DNA of 64,000 nucleotides from a virus. The stretch lies in IMG/VR virus record IMGVR_UViG_3300037541_000522, positions 33,812 to 97,811 of that record, one strand, 5' to 3'. The translations under genes and the position numbers were made by a program. Positions 44,297-55,100 of the stretch are shown piece after piece. How positions within the stretch are numbered: the stretch's first letter is position 1; each line of letters opens with the position of its first letter. The notes beneath the pieces were generated by a model. It was not told the origin of the DNA. It ran no database searches and worked only from the letters and a program-made list of their open reading frames with translations.

Positions 44297-45455
44297 TGAC
44301 TTGCGCTGGAAACTCAATCCTGCGCAGGTTAGAATAGCACAAGAAGAGGGTACCATGATTGGTACCACTGCGCCCCTTACCTATCAGCAAGCGTTTAAGC
44401 GTGTTGAAATGGTTAACCGCGGCGTTAACTTAATTGTAAGTGCTTGTGCGGGTTTAGACTATGACGTCAAGGATAAGTTGTACGAGGGTGTGGTTGTAGG
44501 TACTCGTCAAAAGTCCCTAGCTACCATGCTAAACTACAGACCTAACCCCTACCAATCGGCACAAGATTTTCGTAAAAACATATTTACCGACTATTTACTA
44601 GAAGGCAATGTGTTTGTACACTACGACGGTACGTTTCTCTACCACCTGCCCGCTTCGCGTGTAGAAATACTCACCGATGAAAAGACATTTATCAAAGGCT
44701 ACCGTTACAACGGATTGGTAGACTTTCGGGAAGGGGAGGTATTTTCACTCAAAGACCTGAGTAGTGATAGTATTTACCGGGGATCTAGCAGGTTGGAAAG
44801 TGCGCAGCGTTCGATTCGGACCTTGTACAACATGGAACAGTTTCAGGATGCGTTCTTTGAAAACGGTGCTGTGTTTGGCATGGTGCTTACAACCGAGAAT
44901 ACTTTGAGCACTATTGCCAAAGAGCGTACTATACAGTACTGGCAGCAAAAGTACAACCCTAAAGTGGGTGGTCGTCGTCCGGTTATCTTGGACAGTGGTT
45001 TAAAGCCACAAAAGATCACAGACACCAGTTTTAAAGAAATGGACTTTGATCAATCGATCAAGACTCATCAAGAAAAGATCCTGCAAGCCTTAGGCGTTCC
45101 GCCTATCTTGCTCATGGGTGGCAACAATGCCAACATTGCTCCTAACTTGCGCTTATTTTACCTAGAAACTGTGATGCCTATTGCCAAGTCCTGGGTAAGT
45201 GCAGTAGAACGGTACTTTGGATATGACGTGGAAGCAATCACACAAACGGTATCGGCCCTACAACCAGACATTAAAGATATTGCCAGCTACCATAGTACAC
45301 TGGTCAACGGCGGTATTATAACACCTAACGAAGCTCGTCAGGAACTCCGCTATGATCGCATAGACGGAGCCGACGAGATAAGAATTCCAGCTAACATTGC
45401 TGGTAGTGCAGCAAATCCATCCCAAGGGGGTAGGCCCCAGGGTGGAAATGAATAG
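44274..45455 (+). CDS. portal protein (HK97 type)
   Basis: KLNPAQ, PNPYQS, LLEGN, LGVPPILL, TPNEAR; GTG start after GGAG. Confidence 0.93.
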   Translation: MGIKQFFSDLRWKLNPAQVRIAQEEGTMIGTTAPLTYQQAFKRVEMVNRGVNLIVSACAGLDYDVKDKLYEGVVVGTRQKSLATMLNYRPNPYQSAQDFRKNIFTDYLLEGNVFVHYDGTFLYHLPASRVEILTDEKTFIKGYRYNGLVDFREGEVFSLKDLSSDSIYRGSSRLESAQRSIRTLYNMEQFQDAFFENGAVFGMVLTTENTLSTIAKERTIQYWQQKYNPKVGGRRPVILDSGLKPQKITDTSFKEMDFDQSIKTHQEKILQALGVPPILLMGGNNANIAPNLRLFYLETVMPIAKSWVSAVERYFGYDVEAITQTVSALQPDIKDIASYHSTLVNGGIITPNEARQELRYDRIDGADEIRIPANIAGSAANPSQGGRPQGGNE

Positions 45456-45463
45456 AGGAAATT

Positions 45464-47398
45464 ATGGTAGACAAAAATAAGATCCTGTACTTTAACAGTG
45501 TCTTTACTAAAGCTGAGCCGCTACCAGCAGAACCAGACGTAATTGAGATTAGTGGATATGCATCAACTGTGGATGTTGACAGACACGGCGATGTAATCCC
45601 CACCTCAGTTTGGGAAAGAGGCTTAGAGAACTACATAAAAAATCCTGTTATCCTAGCATTTCATGACCATACTCAACCAGTTGGTCGTATGACTGAGCAC
45701 AAAGTAGATGCAAAAGGATTATGGATTAAAGCTAGGATCTCAAAAGCTGCTGAAAAAGTATACCAGCTTATCAAAGACGAAGTTTTAACAGCATTTTCAG
45801 TTGGATTTAGAATTAAAGATGCGGAATATAATACAGCCGCAGAAGTTTTCCTAGTCAAAGACTTAGAATTACATGAAATTTCGGTAGTTTCGGTACCAGC
45901 AAATCAAAACACACTTTTTAATCTTTCAAAATCGTTTAACTCCGTTACGGAGTATCGTGAATTTATCGCGCAATTTGCACCCCAAAGCGAGTCAGCTAAA
46001 GGGCTAGACACCACTAGGCAAGCAAAGAGCACAACCAAAGAGGAATTGGACATGACTCCAGAAGAATTAAAGCAATTACTAGCCCAAACAGCTCAAGACG
46101 CTGCACAGCAAGCTGCTAAGGCTATCAAAGAAGAACAAGCTCGTGTAGAAGCTGAGAAAGCTGCTCGTGAACAAGCAGAAGCTGAGCTACAAGCACGTAT
46201 CAAAGCAGCTGTTGCTGCTGTAACTCCTACTGAAACTGGTGCAGAAAAGCTACTAGCCGAAGTAGAGAAGCGCTTCCAAGAACAAGCAGAAAGCACCAAG
46301 AGTGTTATCACTGGCCTAGAAGCTGCCCTAAAAGAAAAAGCACAAGAGCTAGAAGCTATTCAGAAAAGCAAGATGCAATTCGTTGATGGCAAACAAGGCG
46401 AAATGAGCTATGCCGACAAAGAGAAAGCAGTTCTCTTAGCCAAGATGAGCGGCAAAGCAATCGACCAGACACGTCTAGGTCGTGAACTAGTTCAAAAGTA
46501 CGGTGGTACAGGTCAAAGCCCTCACCAGCCAAGCGCAACTTGGGAACTAGAAGTTAGCCTAGCAATGGAAAACGAAGTTCGCCGTCGCCTAGTTGTTGCT
46601 CCTACCCTACGTAGTATTGCAATGCAAACTAACGTAATGACTATTCCTGTTAACCCCGAAGCAGGTGTTGCAAGTTGGGTTCAGAATAGCCAGTTTGGTG
46701 CCTCAGCTTCAGCTGGTAATACTGCTGTTCACGCTCTTAAAGAGATCACTCTTAACGCATACAAAGTTGCTACCAACGAGTATGTAGCCTTCGAAGAAGA
46801 AGAAGATGCTCTAATAGCAATTATGCCTGTTATCCGTGACGCAATGGTTCGCCGTGTTGCTCGTGCTGTTGATCGCGCAATGCTACGTGGTGCCGGTGCT
46901 GGTGCAGATCCTGTTAAAGGTCTTGCCACATACGACGAAACAAGCGCAGTTAATCTAGACATTAGCGATAACGCTAAGCTAACAGTTGCACTTCTACGTG
47001 CAATGCGTCGTGACCTAGGTGCTTGGGGCTTAGATCCTGCTGAGCTAGTTTATATTGTAAGCACAGACGGTTACTACGATCTCTTAGACGACGATAACTT
47101 CCTAACTGTTGATAAAGTTGGCACACAAGCTACTTTACTAACAGGTCAAATCGGTAGCGTTGCTAATACTCCAGTTCTAGTAAGTGCTGAGTTTGCTGAT
47201 AAAGCCGCTGCTGCTGTTGGAGCAATCTGCTTTGCACCAGGTAACTTCCTAGTTGGTAATCAGCGTGGTCTACGTGTTGACACCGATGACCTAGTTGAAA
47301 CACAACGTCGCGTAATGGTTGCCAGCCTACGCACTGGCATGACCCAAGTTACTACTAACCTTGGTCAGGGCGTAAGCGCTCTACGTTACGTAGCCTAA
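45464..47398 (+). CDS. prohead protease fused in frame to HK97-fold major capsid protein
   Basis: GYAST..DRHGD, FHDH, FSVGF, EISVVSVPAN, then coiled-coil scaffold and capsid body; internal SD-ATG at 46052. Confidence 0.92.
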   Translation: MVDKNKILYFNSVFTKAEPLPAEPDVIEISGYASTVDVDRHGDVIPTSVWERGLENYIKNPVILAFHDHTQPVGRMTEHKVDAKGLWIKARISKAAEKVYQLIKDEVLTAFSVGFRIKDAEYNTAAEVFLVKDLELHEISVVSVPANQNTLFNLSKSFNSVTEYREFIAQFAPQSESAKGLDTTRQAKSTTKEELDMTPEELKQLLAQTAQDAAQQAAKAIKEEQARVEAEKAAREQAEAELQARIKAAVAAVTPTETGAEKLLAEVEKRFQEQAESTKSVITGLEAALKEKAQELEAIQKSKMQFVDGKQGEMSYADKEKAVLLAKMSGKAIDQTRLGRELVQKYGGTGQSPHQPSATWELEVSLAMENEVRRRLVVAPTLRSIAMQTNVMTIPVNPEAGVASWVQNSQFGASASAGNTAVHALKEITLNAYKVATNEYVAFEEEEDALIAIMPVIRDAMVRRVARAVDRAMLRGAGAGADPVKGLATYDETSAVNLDISDNAKLTVALLRAMRRDLGAWGLDPAELVYIVSTDGYYDLLDDDNFLTVDKVGTQATLLTGQIGSVANTPVLVSAEFADKAAAAVGAICFAPGNFLVGNQRGLRVDTDDLVETQRRVMVASLRTGMTQVTTNLGQGVSALRYVA

Positions 47399-47486
47399 TT
47401 CTCAGGGATGGGAACTAACAGGGCTATAAAGCCCTGTTTCTTGGCTAGATTCTAACGAGTCTAGCCCGGAAACAACAGGAGATAAC

Positions 47487-48056
47487 ATGGGATTAAGCCT
47501 TTTTACCAGACAAGAATATAAGTCGTACATAGGGATTAATAGCGCAAATTCTGACGGTGAAATTGATAGCTTAATTCCTAAGGTTTCACAGTTTGCAAAA
47601 ACTTACTGCAAACGCACATTTATAGATTACTATAACGATCCGCTTATCGAGTACAGTACCGGCGGATTTGATCGTATTCTACTACGCGAAACTCCAGTGG
47701 TCACAGTAACTAGTGTTCAGCAGAGCAAAGACTACGGTCAAACTTGGACACCACTAGTAAAATTTACAGATTGGGTTGTAGATGGCGACGATATAATAAG
47801 CCTACATCCTAGCGGCATATTTGAGAAGTTAATTCGCGGCTATAAGGTTGCCTACTTTGGTGGTTACGAGATTGTGCCAGAAGATTTAAAAGCTGCTTGT
47901 ATGGATTTACTCACATACTACAAAGACAATGATGCAGCAGTAAAGTCAACTAAAGCTGCTGGTACTAATAATACACAAATTGAATATGTACAAAGTAGTA
48001 GCCTGCCAGCACACATTAGACGAGTATTTGATCTCTACATGGCGGATTATGCGTAA
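47487..48056 (+). CDS. head completion/head-tail adaptor
   Basis: KTYCKRTF, GGY..VPEDLK.A, PAHIRRVFDLY. Confidence 0.85.
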   Translation: MGLSLFTRQEYKSYIGINSANSDGEIDSLIPKVSQFAKTYCKRTFIDYYNDPLIEYSTGGFDRILLRETPVVTVTSVQQSKDYGQTWTPLVKFTDWVVDGDDIISLHPSGIFEKLIRGYKVAYFGGYEIVPEDLKAACMDLLTYYKDNDAAVKSTKAAGTNNTQIEYVQSSSLPAHIRRVFDLYMADYA

Positions 48057-49549
48057 TGGGTATAGCAAATTTTACAGCAGCACTACAAAGTCAAGTATAT
48101 AAAAATTGGTTATCTAATCTTGATAAAAATATTGTAACAGCCACCTCAAAGGCTCTTAGAGACCGAGAGCAGGTTAGTCAAAAAACTAGTTTTTATATTA
48201 CGACTAGCACTGTAAAACAGCTATATAAAACAATAGCCAATATAGACATAGATAACAGTGAAGCTCAAATATTCTTATCAGACTTGTTAAAAGTAACTGC
48301 AACAAGCAAAGATACTATTAGTGGAACTCAAATTAATGTAAATGGTGAAACAGCAGTATTTTTTAAAAATATTGGTTTTGACACTATAAGTACAAAAATT
48401 ACTAATATATTAGATGCTATACCTGAAATACAAGACGCATACTATGAGGCTGAACAAGTATACTATAAAAATGAAATAGAAGCCTTAAAAAATAATCCTA
48501 AATATAAATCAAGTACCACAGCAGAAAAAAGAAAGCTAGAAAGAGAAATTGCTGATAAAGCAAAAGAACGAGGTACTTTAGGATATTATTTTAATAAAGG
48601 TCACGTAATTAGTGTAGCCACCAATCTAGTACGACAATTCAGAAATCAATTAGCAAAAGTAGATTTTGAAACAAAGGCACAAAGAGATGCTCTATTAGAA
48701 GTACTTGATAGTTACATTGATAAATTAGTTCAAGATGACTTAGCTACAGCAAATTTACCAAATGCTGTAGATCAAGAACTTTATGCAGGATATATAAAAT
48801 CTTCAAATACATACCTAGTTGAGCTTCAACATAGAGTAGGTAATATTCAGTCAGGACGAGCAAGTATTCCTATTATTGATGAATTAAGAAATATATTTAA
48901 TTTATCAAATCAAGAGTTTGCTACAATAATTAATAAATCTCCTGCTCTGGGTATTACATTAATAAATACTCCAGGATCTCCAAGTTTTATAGACTTAATA
49001 GCAAAAGATATAGCAGATACTATTGCTGGCAAAACTCTTAGTAAAAAAGTATATAAGCAACAACCAGTATTAGTTGCTAAAAAGTCAAATAAGATTTCAA
49101 AACCAAAGTCTAATAAGCAAAAAATACAGACTTTGACCAATTTAAAAAATAAATTAAAAGCAGCAAAACCTGATACTAAAAAGATAAAAGAAAATTTAAT
49201 ATTAGAAGATTTAGTATCTCAGCGATCCCTAACGGATCTTCAAAATATATTAGCATCACAATTAACTGCTAGAATTCGTCAAAATATGGGAACTGGTAGC
49301 AGAACCGATATTTTAAACTACAGAACTGGTAGGTTTGCAGAAAGTGCTAGAGTTGAGCGGATTACTCAAGGCCGTGAAGGCATGATAACTGCATATTATA
49401 ATTATATGCGATATCCATACGCTACTTTTAGTCAAGGCGGCAGACAGGAGTTTCCTAGATCCAGAGACCCTAAACTGTTAATCTCTAAGTCAATCCGTGA
49501 AATCATGCAAGAACAAATGATAACCAAAATGAGGGCCGTACTAGCATGA
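48056..49549 (+). CDS. tail completion protein (T5 p143-like C-terminus) with long extension
   Basis: RTGRFAES, YNYMRYPYATF, RDPKLLI; synteny. Confidence 0.7.
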   Translation: MGIANFTAALQSQVYKNWLSNLDKNIVTATSKALRDREQVSQKTSFYITTSTVKQLYKTIANIDIDNSEAQIFLSDLLKVTATSKDTISGTQINVNGETAVFFKNIGFDTISTKITNILDAIPEIQDAYYEAEQVYYKNEIEALKNNPKYKSSTTAEKRKLEREIADKAKERGTLGYYFNKGHVISVATNLVRQFRNQLAKVDFETKAQRDALLEVLDSYIDKLVQDDLATANLPNAVDQELYAGYIKSSNTYLVELQHRVGNIQSGRASIPIIDELRNIFNLSNQEFATIINKSPALGITLINTPGSPSFIDLIAKDIADTIAGKTLSKKVYKQQPVLVAKKSNKISKPKSNKQKIQTLTNLKNKLKAAKPDTKKIKENLILEDLVSQRSLTDLQNILASQLTARIRQNMGTGSRTDILNYRTGRFAESARVERITQGREGMITAYYNYMRYPYATFSQGGRQEFPRSRDPKLLISKSIREIMQEQMITKMRAVLA

Positions 49550-49986
49550 CTAAGCGCACACAGATTACCAAAGCCCTAGTAGAAAAGCTAAAGCTAATAG
49601 ACGGTACTGCACCATACACTACCAATGTGTATAACAACGCATATGCCAAATTAAAGTTCTGGGACGAAATACAAGATTTTCCTAGTATATATGCAACCCC
49701 CGGCAGCGAAACCCGTGAGTACATGCCAGGAGACTTTGCTTGGGGTTTCTTAAATATAGCAATTAAAGCATATGTTCGTAGTGAAGATAACACACAAGAG
49801 CAGCTTGAACAATTGCTAGAAGATATAGAACAATGCGTAGATTCTAACAGGGTTCTAATTTATGACACCGAACAAAATCTAGAAACAACAGAAATTCTAG
49901 TACAATCAATCACAACTGATGAAGGACTATTAGTACCTTATGGAGTTGGAGAGATTAACTTACAGGTTAGATATCCAATCGTGTAA
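49546..49986 (+). CDS. tail terminator
   Basis: RTQITKALV, KFWDEIQDFP, ITTDEGLLVPYGVGEI. Confidence 0.85.
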   Translation: MTKRTQITKALVEKLKLIDGTAPYTTNVYNNAYAKLKFWDEIQDFPSIYATPGSETREYMPGDFAWGFLNIAIKAYVRSEDNTQEQLEQLLEDIEQCVDSNRVLIYDTEQNLETTEILVQSITTDEGLLVPYGVGEINLQVRYPIV

Positions 49987-50063
49987 GAACCCGTGCTAGT
50001 ATAGCTAAACGCAGATAAATGTCTTGCTACGGCTAGTACTGCACCCAATAACAAGGAAAAAAG

Positions 50064-51170
50064 ATGAGTTATAATTTAATTCGTAACGCTAGAGTGTTTT
50101 GGACTAAGAATGTTGGTACAACAACTGGTGTAGTAGCCGCAACTGGGTTCACAGCAGCTAATACTCGTGAAATTCAAGTCTTGGATGGCATGAGCTTTTC
50201 ACAAAACACTACCACAGAAACAGTTGCCTTAAACGAAGCCGGAGCTACTCCTAGCCGTGGTCAGCGTCAGTTTAATACTGCACTAGATCCAGTTGACTTT
50301 TCATTTACTACTTATATGCGTCCACAAGATGCTGGTGCTAATATTACTGCAGAAGAAAGCGTACTATGGGGTGCTATGTTTAGTGCGGACGGTACAGCTT
50401 GGAGTGATGCAACATCTGCTGGTACAGTAGTAGCTACCAGTTCAAACGTACACCAACTACAAAAATTTGGCCTAGTTATCGTTCTAGACGCCACAACTTT
50501 TGTAATTGATGATTGCGTTGTAAACACAGCTACTGTAGATTTTGGCTTAGATGCAATTGCAAGTATTCAGTGGGCAGGTCAAGGCAAGTTTCTTCGTCAA
50601 ATTGCTACTCCTACATTTGTAGACGCAGATACTTGGAGCGGTAGTTTAGCAGGCGACTTTAAAACTAAAGTTACAACTGCTCCTTACATAGCTAATAAGC
50701 TAAGCGTGGTTACACTTGACAGTGAACTTAGCGGAGGCACAGCTTATACACTAGCACTTACAGGTGGTAGCTTAACAATTACCAATAACATTACTTACTT
50801 AACACCTGCTAACTTAGGTGTAGTAAATCAACCTGCTACATACTTTACTGGTACTCGCGGTATTACTGGTACCCTAAACTGCTACTTACGTACAGGTGCT
50901 ACAAACAGTGCAGGACTAATGAGTGCCCTTTTAACTAGTAGTACTACTGACGTAGACCCTGCTTTCCGTGCTATAATTAAAGTAGGCGGTACAGGAGCAG
51001 ATCGTGTAGAGTTTGACATGCCAGCTATTGTGCTAAGTATTCCTAGCGTAAATACGGAACAGGTTGTTAGTACAGCCATTACATTTACAGCTCAAGGCAG
51101 TGCAAATAGTGCCTTTGATATTGCTAGTGCAAACGAATTAACTGTAAGATATTATACAACTAATGCTTAA
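50064..51170 (+). CDS. major tail tube protein (T5 pb6-like)
   Basis: LIRNARVF, FSQ.T, RGQRQFNTALDPVDFSFTTYMRP, NNITYLTP. Confidence 0.9.
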   Translation: MSYNLIRNARVFWTKNVGTTTGVVAATGFTAANTREIQVLDGMSFSQNTTTETVALNEAGATPSRGQRQFNTALDPVDFSFTTYMRPQDAGANITAEESVLWGAMFSADGTAWSDATSAGTVVATSSNVHQLQKFGLVIVLDATTFVIDDCVVNTATVDFGLDAIASIQWAGQGKFLRQIATPTFVDADTWSGSLAGDFKTKVTTAPYIANKLSVVTLDSELSGGTAYTLALTGGSLTITNNITYLTPANLGVVNQPATYFTGTRGITGTLNCYLRTGATNSAGLMSALLTSSTTDVDPAFRAIIKVGGTGADRVEFDMPAIVLSIPSVNTEQVVSTAITFTAQGSANSAFDIASANELTVRYYTTNA

Positions 51171-51229
51171 ATAGTAGTCCACGTACAGGGAGTACATACT
51201 CCCTGTATTTTATAAACCAAAGGTAATAC

Positions 51230-51637
51230 ATGACTCTTTCCCTAAAATCCCTACTAGTACCCTCAAAACAAGTTGAAGTAGAATATCCCGGAATGCCTGG
51301 GTTTTTAATTCAGATTGCATTCTTATCCCGCGAAACACTGCTCAACATTCGTAAAAAGTCTACCAAGACTACATTCAAGAATCGTCAGCCCAACGAAGAA
51401 TTTAATGAAGATATTTTCCTACAACTATACGTAGAAAATGCTATTAAAGGCTGGACTGGATTTAAGCTACAATACTTAGAACAACTTGCCCCTGTTGATT
51501 TAACAGGCCAAGATTTAGAACACGAGCTGAAGTATACTCAAGAAAACGCACTATTCCTAATGAAAAATTCTAGCAATTTTGATGCCTTTATTAGTGAACA
51601 GGTAAGCGACCTGGGAAACTTTTCCAAGAGCAATTAG
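51230..51637 (+). CDS. tail assembly chaperone (gpG-like)
   Basis: Position before the tape measure; ends at a slippery GGGAAAC. Confidence 0.85.
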   Translation: MTLSLKSLLVPSKQVEVEYPGMPGFLIQIAFLSRETLLNIRKKSTKTTFKNRQPNEEFNEDIFLQLYVENAIKGWTGFKLQYLEQLAPVDLTGQDLEHELKYTQENALFLMKNSSNFDAFISEQVSDLGNFSKSN

Positions 51638-51999
51638 CTCAAACTGAACGTGATATAAAAAATTATATTCAAAATACTAGTGTAGGTATGACTCAAGATC
51701 AGTATTTTGAAATGTGCGAACAATTAGGCACAGAACCTAATCCTGATGAAATTCCAGTAGTTTTTGATGATTTTTCTTTAGAAGTTCAAGAAGCTTTTGA
51801 AATATACAATCTATTAAAAGATGAATGGGATGGTTTTAATGGTTTATATTTAGGAAAAAATTTAGTTGGCATCACAGAAATATTTAATATTTCTGGCACA
51901 GAATCTGAATATAGATATATTATGGTGCTATTAATCAAAATGATTGATAGAATCCGCATACAAGAAACAAACGCAAAAAAAGAAAAACCCGCTAAGTAA
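51613..51999 (+). CDS. tail assembly chaperone -1 frameshift extension (gpT-like)
   Basis: The -1 frame is open from GGG at 51613 into ORF 51688-51999. Confidence 0.8.
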   Translation, partial: GKLFQEQLAQTERDIKNYIQNTSVGMTQDQYFEMCEQLGTEPNPDEIPVVFDDFSLEVQEAFEIYNLLKDEWDGFNGLYLGKNLVGITEIFNISGTESEYRYIMVLLIKMIDRIRIQETNAKKEKPAK

Positions 52000-52038
52000 A
52001 AACTTTTGCGGGTTTTTTTACATCCTAAAATTTTTGGG

Positions 52039-52067
52039 TTGACACCACAATGGTTTTGTGTTAAAAT
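52039..52067 (+). promoter_or_regulatory. sigma70 promoter of the tape measure gene
   Basis: TTGACA-N17-TAAAAT after a terminator-like hairpin. Confidence 0.65.
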
Positions 52068-52100
52068 GGGTATACTAAATATTAAAGGCTTGGAGCTACC

Positions 52101-55100
52101 ATGGCTGGTAATACAATTAATTTACAATTAAAATTAAACTCTAATATAAAAGATGAAACTAGGGATGCCAGAGCGTTTCATAACGAGATAAAGGCAGCTG
52201 CAGCGGCATCTCAAAATATTGAGTATGGCCGTGCTCGTGGTGCTATGGGAAGCACTGGAGCTAGTGCTCGTGATTTTGCTAATCAAGCTCAAGGCTTAGG
52301 CGGACTAGTTCGTATATATGCAACTGTAGCTGCTAATAGTTTTGCAGCAATAAGTGCTTTTAATGCACTAAAACAAGCTGCTGATACTACTACACTTAAA
52401 CAAGGTTTAGATCAACTAGGAGCAGCTAGTGGTATTGCTCTAGGAGCACTAGCAGATGGATTTGTTAAAGCCACAGATGGAGCTATTAGTTTTCGTGAAG
52501 CTGCACAAGCTGCAGCAAAAGCTACTAGTGCGGGACTAAGTTCGCGGCAATTTTTACAAATTGGTGATGTAGCTAAAAAAGCCTCACAAGCACTAGGTAT
52601 TGACTTAAATGATGCGGTAAATAGACTAACTCGTGGTATTACAAAATTAGAGCCTGAATTACTAGATGAATTAGGTATTTATACTAAAATTGGTCCTGCT
52701 GTAGAAGAATATGCTCGTAAAATAGGTAAAGCAGAAGCTAGTTTAACAGATTTTGAACGTCGCCAAGCCTTTGCAATTGCAGTCCTAGATGAAGGAAATA
52801 AAAAGTTTGGAGAAATTGATATACCAGCTAATCCTTATCAACAACTAGAAGCTAGTATACGAAATCTAACACAAGCTGGGCTTGAACTAGTAAATAAATT
52901 CTTATTACCTATTGCAGATGTATTTGCAAAAAGCTCTACACTACTTACAGTTGCGCTGGGGGCTATTGCTATAAAACTTACGCAAATGGCAATACCAGCA
53001 CTTACTAGCTGGAGAAGTGAATTATTAGAAAGTGCAAAGGTAGCAAAAGACAAGTCTCAACAAATTAATGAAGCATTTGGAGAACGATTTGTTGATCGTA
53101 TTAATGCTAGTTTTAAAGTACCAGAACTAAAACAAAATTTAACTAATGTAGAACAGCAATATCAAAAAAGCCGCGAACAGCTATTAAATATAGATAAAGA
53201 CTACGCTGAAAAACGCAGATCTGCAGTATATAAAGCTGCTCGTGATCCTGGTGCTTTAGGCTCCATGAATGATGCTGCCCTAAGCAAATTGTCTGGCCAA
53301 GTACAAAAAGAAATTACTGCACAAAATAAATTAGGTACTGATGCTGCAAAACTACAAGTAATAGCCTTACAAGAATACAAACAAGCAATCTTACAGGTAT
53401 TACAAGCAAGAAAATCTCTTACTATAGCAGAAGCAGGTGCACTAAAACAAGCTGAAGCCGGCCCAAAAACTTTTGCAGAATGGCAGCGTGAGCAAATTTC
53501 TAGAAAGGCAGGTGCTCGTGCAGAACGCTTGGGTATACTTGCTGCAATCGGTGAAAATGTAGAAGTGCTAGGGTTTACCGAAGCGCTTAAAAAAATGAAC
53601 GAAGAAATTAAAAAATCCAGAGACATGAATGGTTTGGATAAATTAAGAACTCGTATACAAGGCACATTTACAGCCGGAATAACTGCTGTTAGCATATTTT
53701 TAAGATCAATTGGTACAATTGGTCAAGTAATAGCAGCAGCAGCAGCAGCTTTTGCAGCTTTTGACAGCTATATGAGTAGAAATACAAAGCAAGTTCAACT
53801 TTTCAATGAAGAAATTGAGAAGAATACTAAAGTTGTAGAAAATTCTCAACGAATGCTAAAGCTATATGTTGGTAGTATTACTACAGATAGTTTATCAGCA
53901 GTAAGTACTTCTCTAGGAGAACTAATAGACGGGGTAGATGCACTAACTAAAAAATTACAAGATACTCTAACTAACCAAGGTTGGTGGGATAGTTTAAAAC
54001 AAAGCGTTCTAGGGTTTTTTGGAGAAGGAGTACAAGCTGATTTTGCTACGCAGATTGCTAACAACTGGACTCAACAAATTGCAAGTATTCCAGAAAGTGA
54101 AGCTAAAGAAGCGGTTAAAGAAAAATTACGAAGTATTTTAAATATAACTGATTTAACTAGTGAAAATATTCGACGAGCAGTTGCAGGCTCAAAAAGTCCT
54201 ACACAAATAGTTACTAGTGGGCAAGGAGAAATAGGCTCTGCAGCCGCTGAAGTACGTCGTGCAGGTGGTGCAGCAAATGCAACTCGTGAATCTATAAATA
54301 ACTTAACAAAAGCCAGTCAAGAACTACAAAATACTTTTGCAGATACTAGTCCCCTAACCAAATTTGCAGATGCTTTAATAAAATCTTCTTTTGATATACT
54401 AGAAAGTTTAAAAGATATGCGTAGTGGCATAGCTGCGTTTAAAGAAATTTTAGCTAAACCTGCAGCTTTTGCTATGCTTGAAATGGGCGATATAAAACAG
54501 TTCCAAGATATTGTAAAAGCACAAGAAAATTTACTAAAAGCAGAAAGAGAAAGAGCTACTCTTCAAAATGACTTATCAGTATTGCAGCCCCAAATTACAA
54601 CTGGATTAGCGGCTACTCGCGGAACATTTTTTGGAAGACAACAATTACAGCAAGCAGAACTACTGCCGGGTCAAAGAAACATAAAAGCTGTAAGTAGGCT
54701 TATACTTAAACGTGAAGATATTGAAGAACGTATACGTGAACTAGATACTAAAATTTCTGAAGCTGCTGATAAGGGTACAGCTACCGCATTTGAAGCAATT
54801 AGAAAAGTATTTGTTGATAATATAATAAAAGGTTTTGATCTACTAAATAAAGCCACGGAAATAGCAAAACGACAAGGAGTTATCCAAGTAGGTCAAGCAA
54901 TTATTTCGGGTATTAGCGGACCAGGTTCAGCAGCAGTAGCTTCTAGTTTAAAACAAAAAGAACTTGACTTACAGCTTCAACAAATTAATACTATGAGCAA
55001 TTTAGCAGATCAACTATTGCTAAATACCTTAGCAGTTGAGCGTGCTACTGCAGCCAGACAAGCAGAAGAATTAGGAAGAACAGCAAATAATTTTGGTTTT

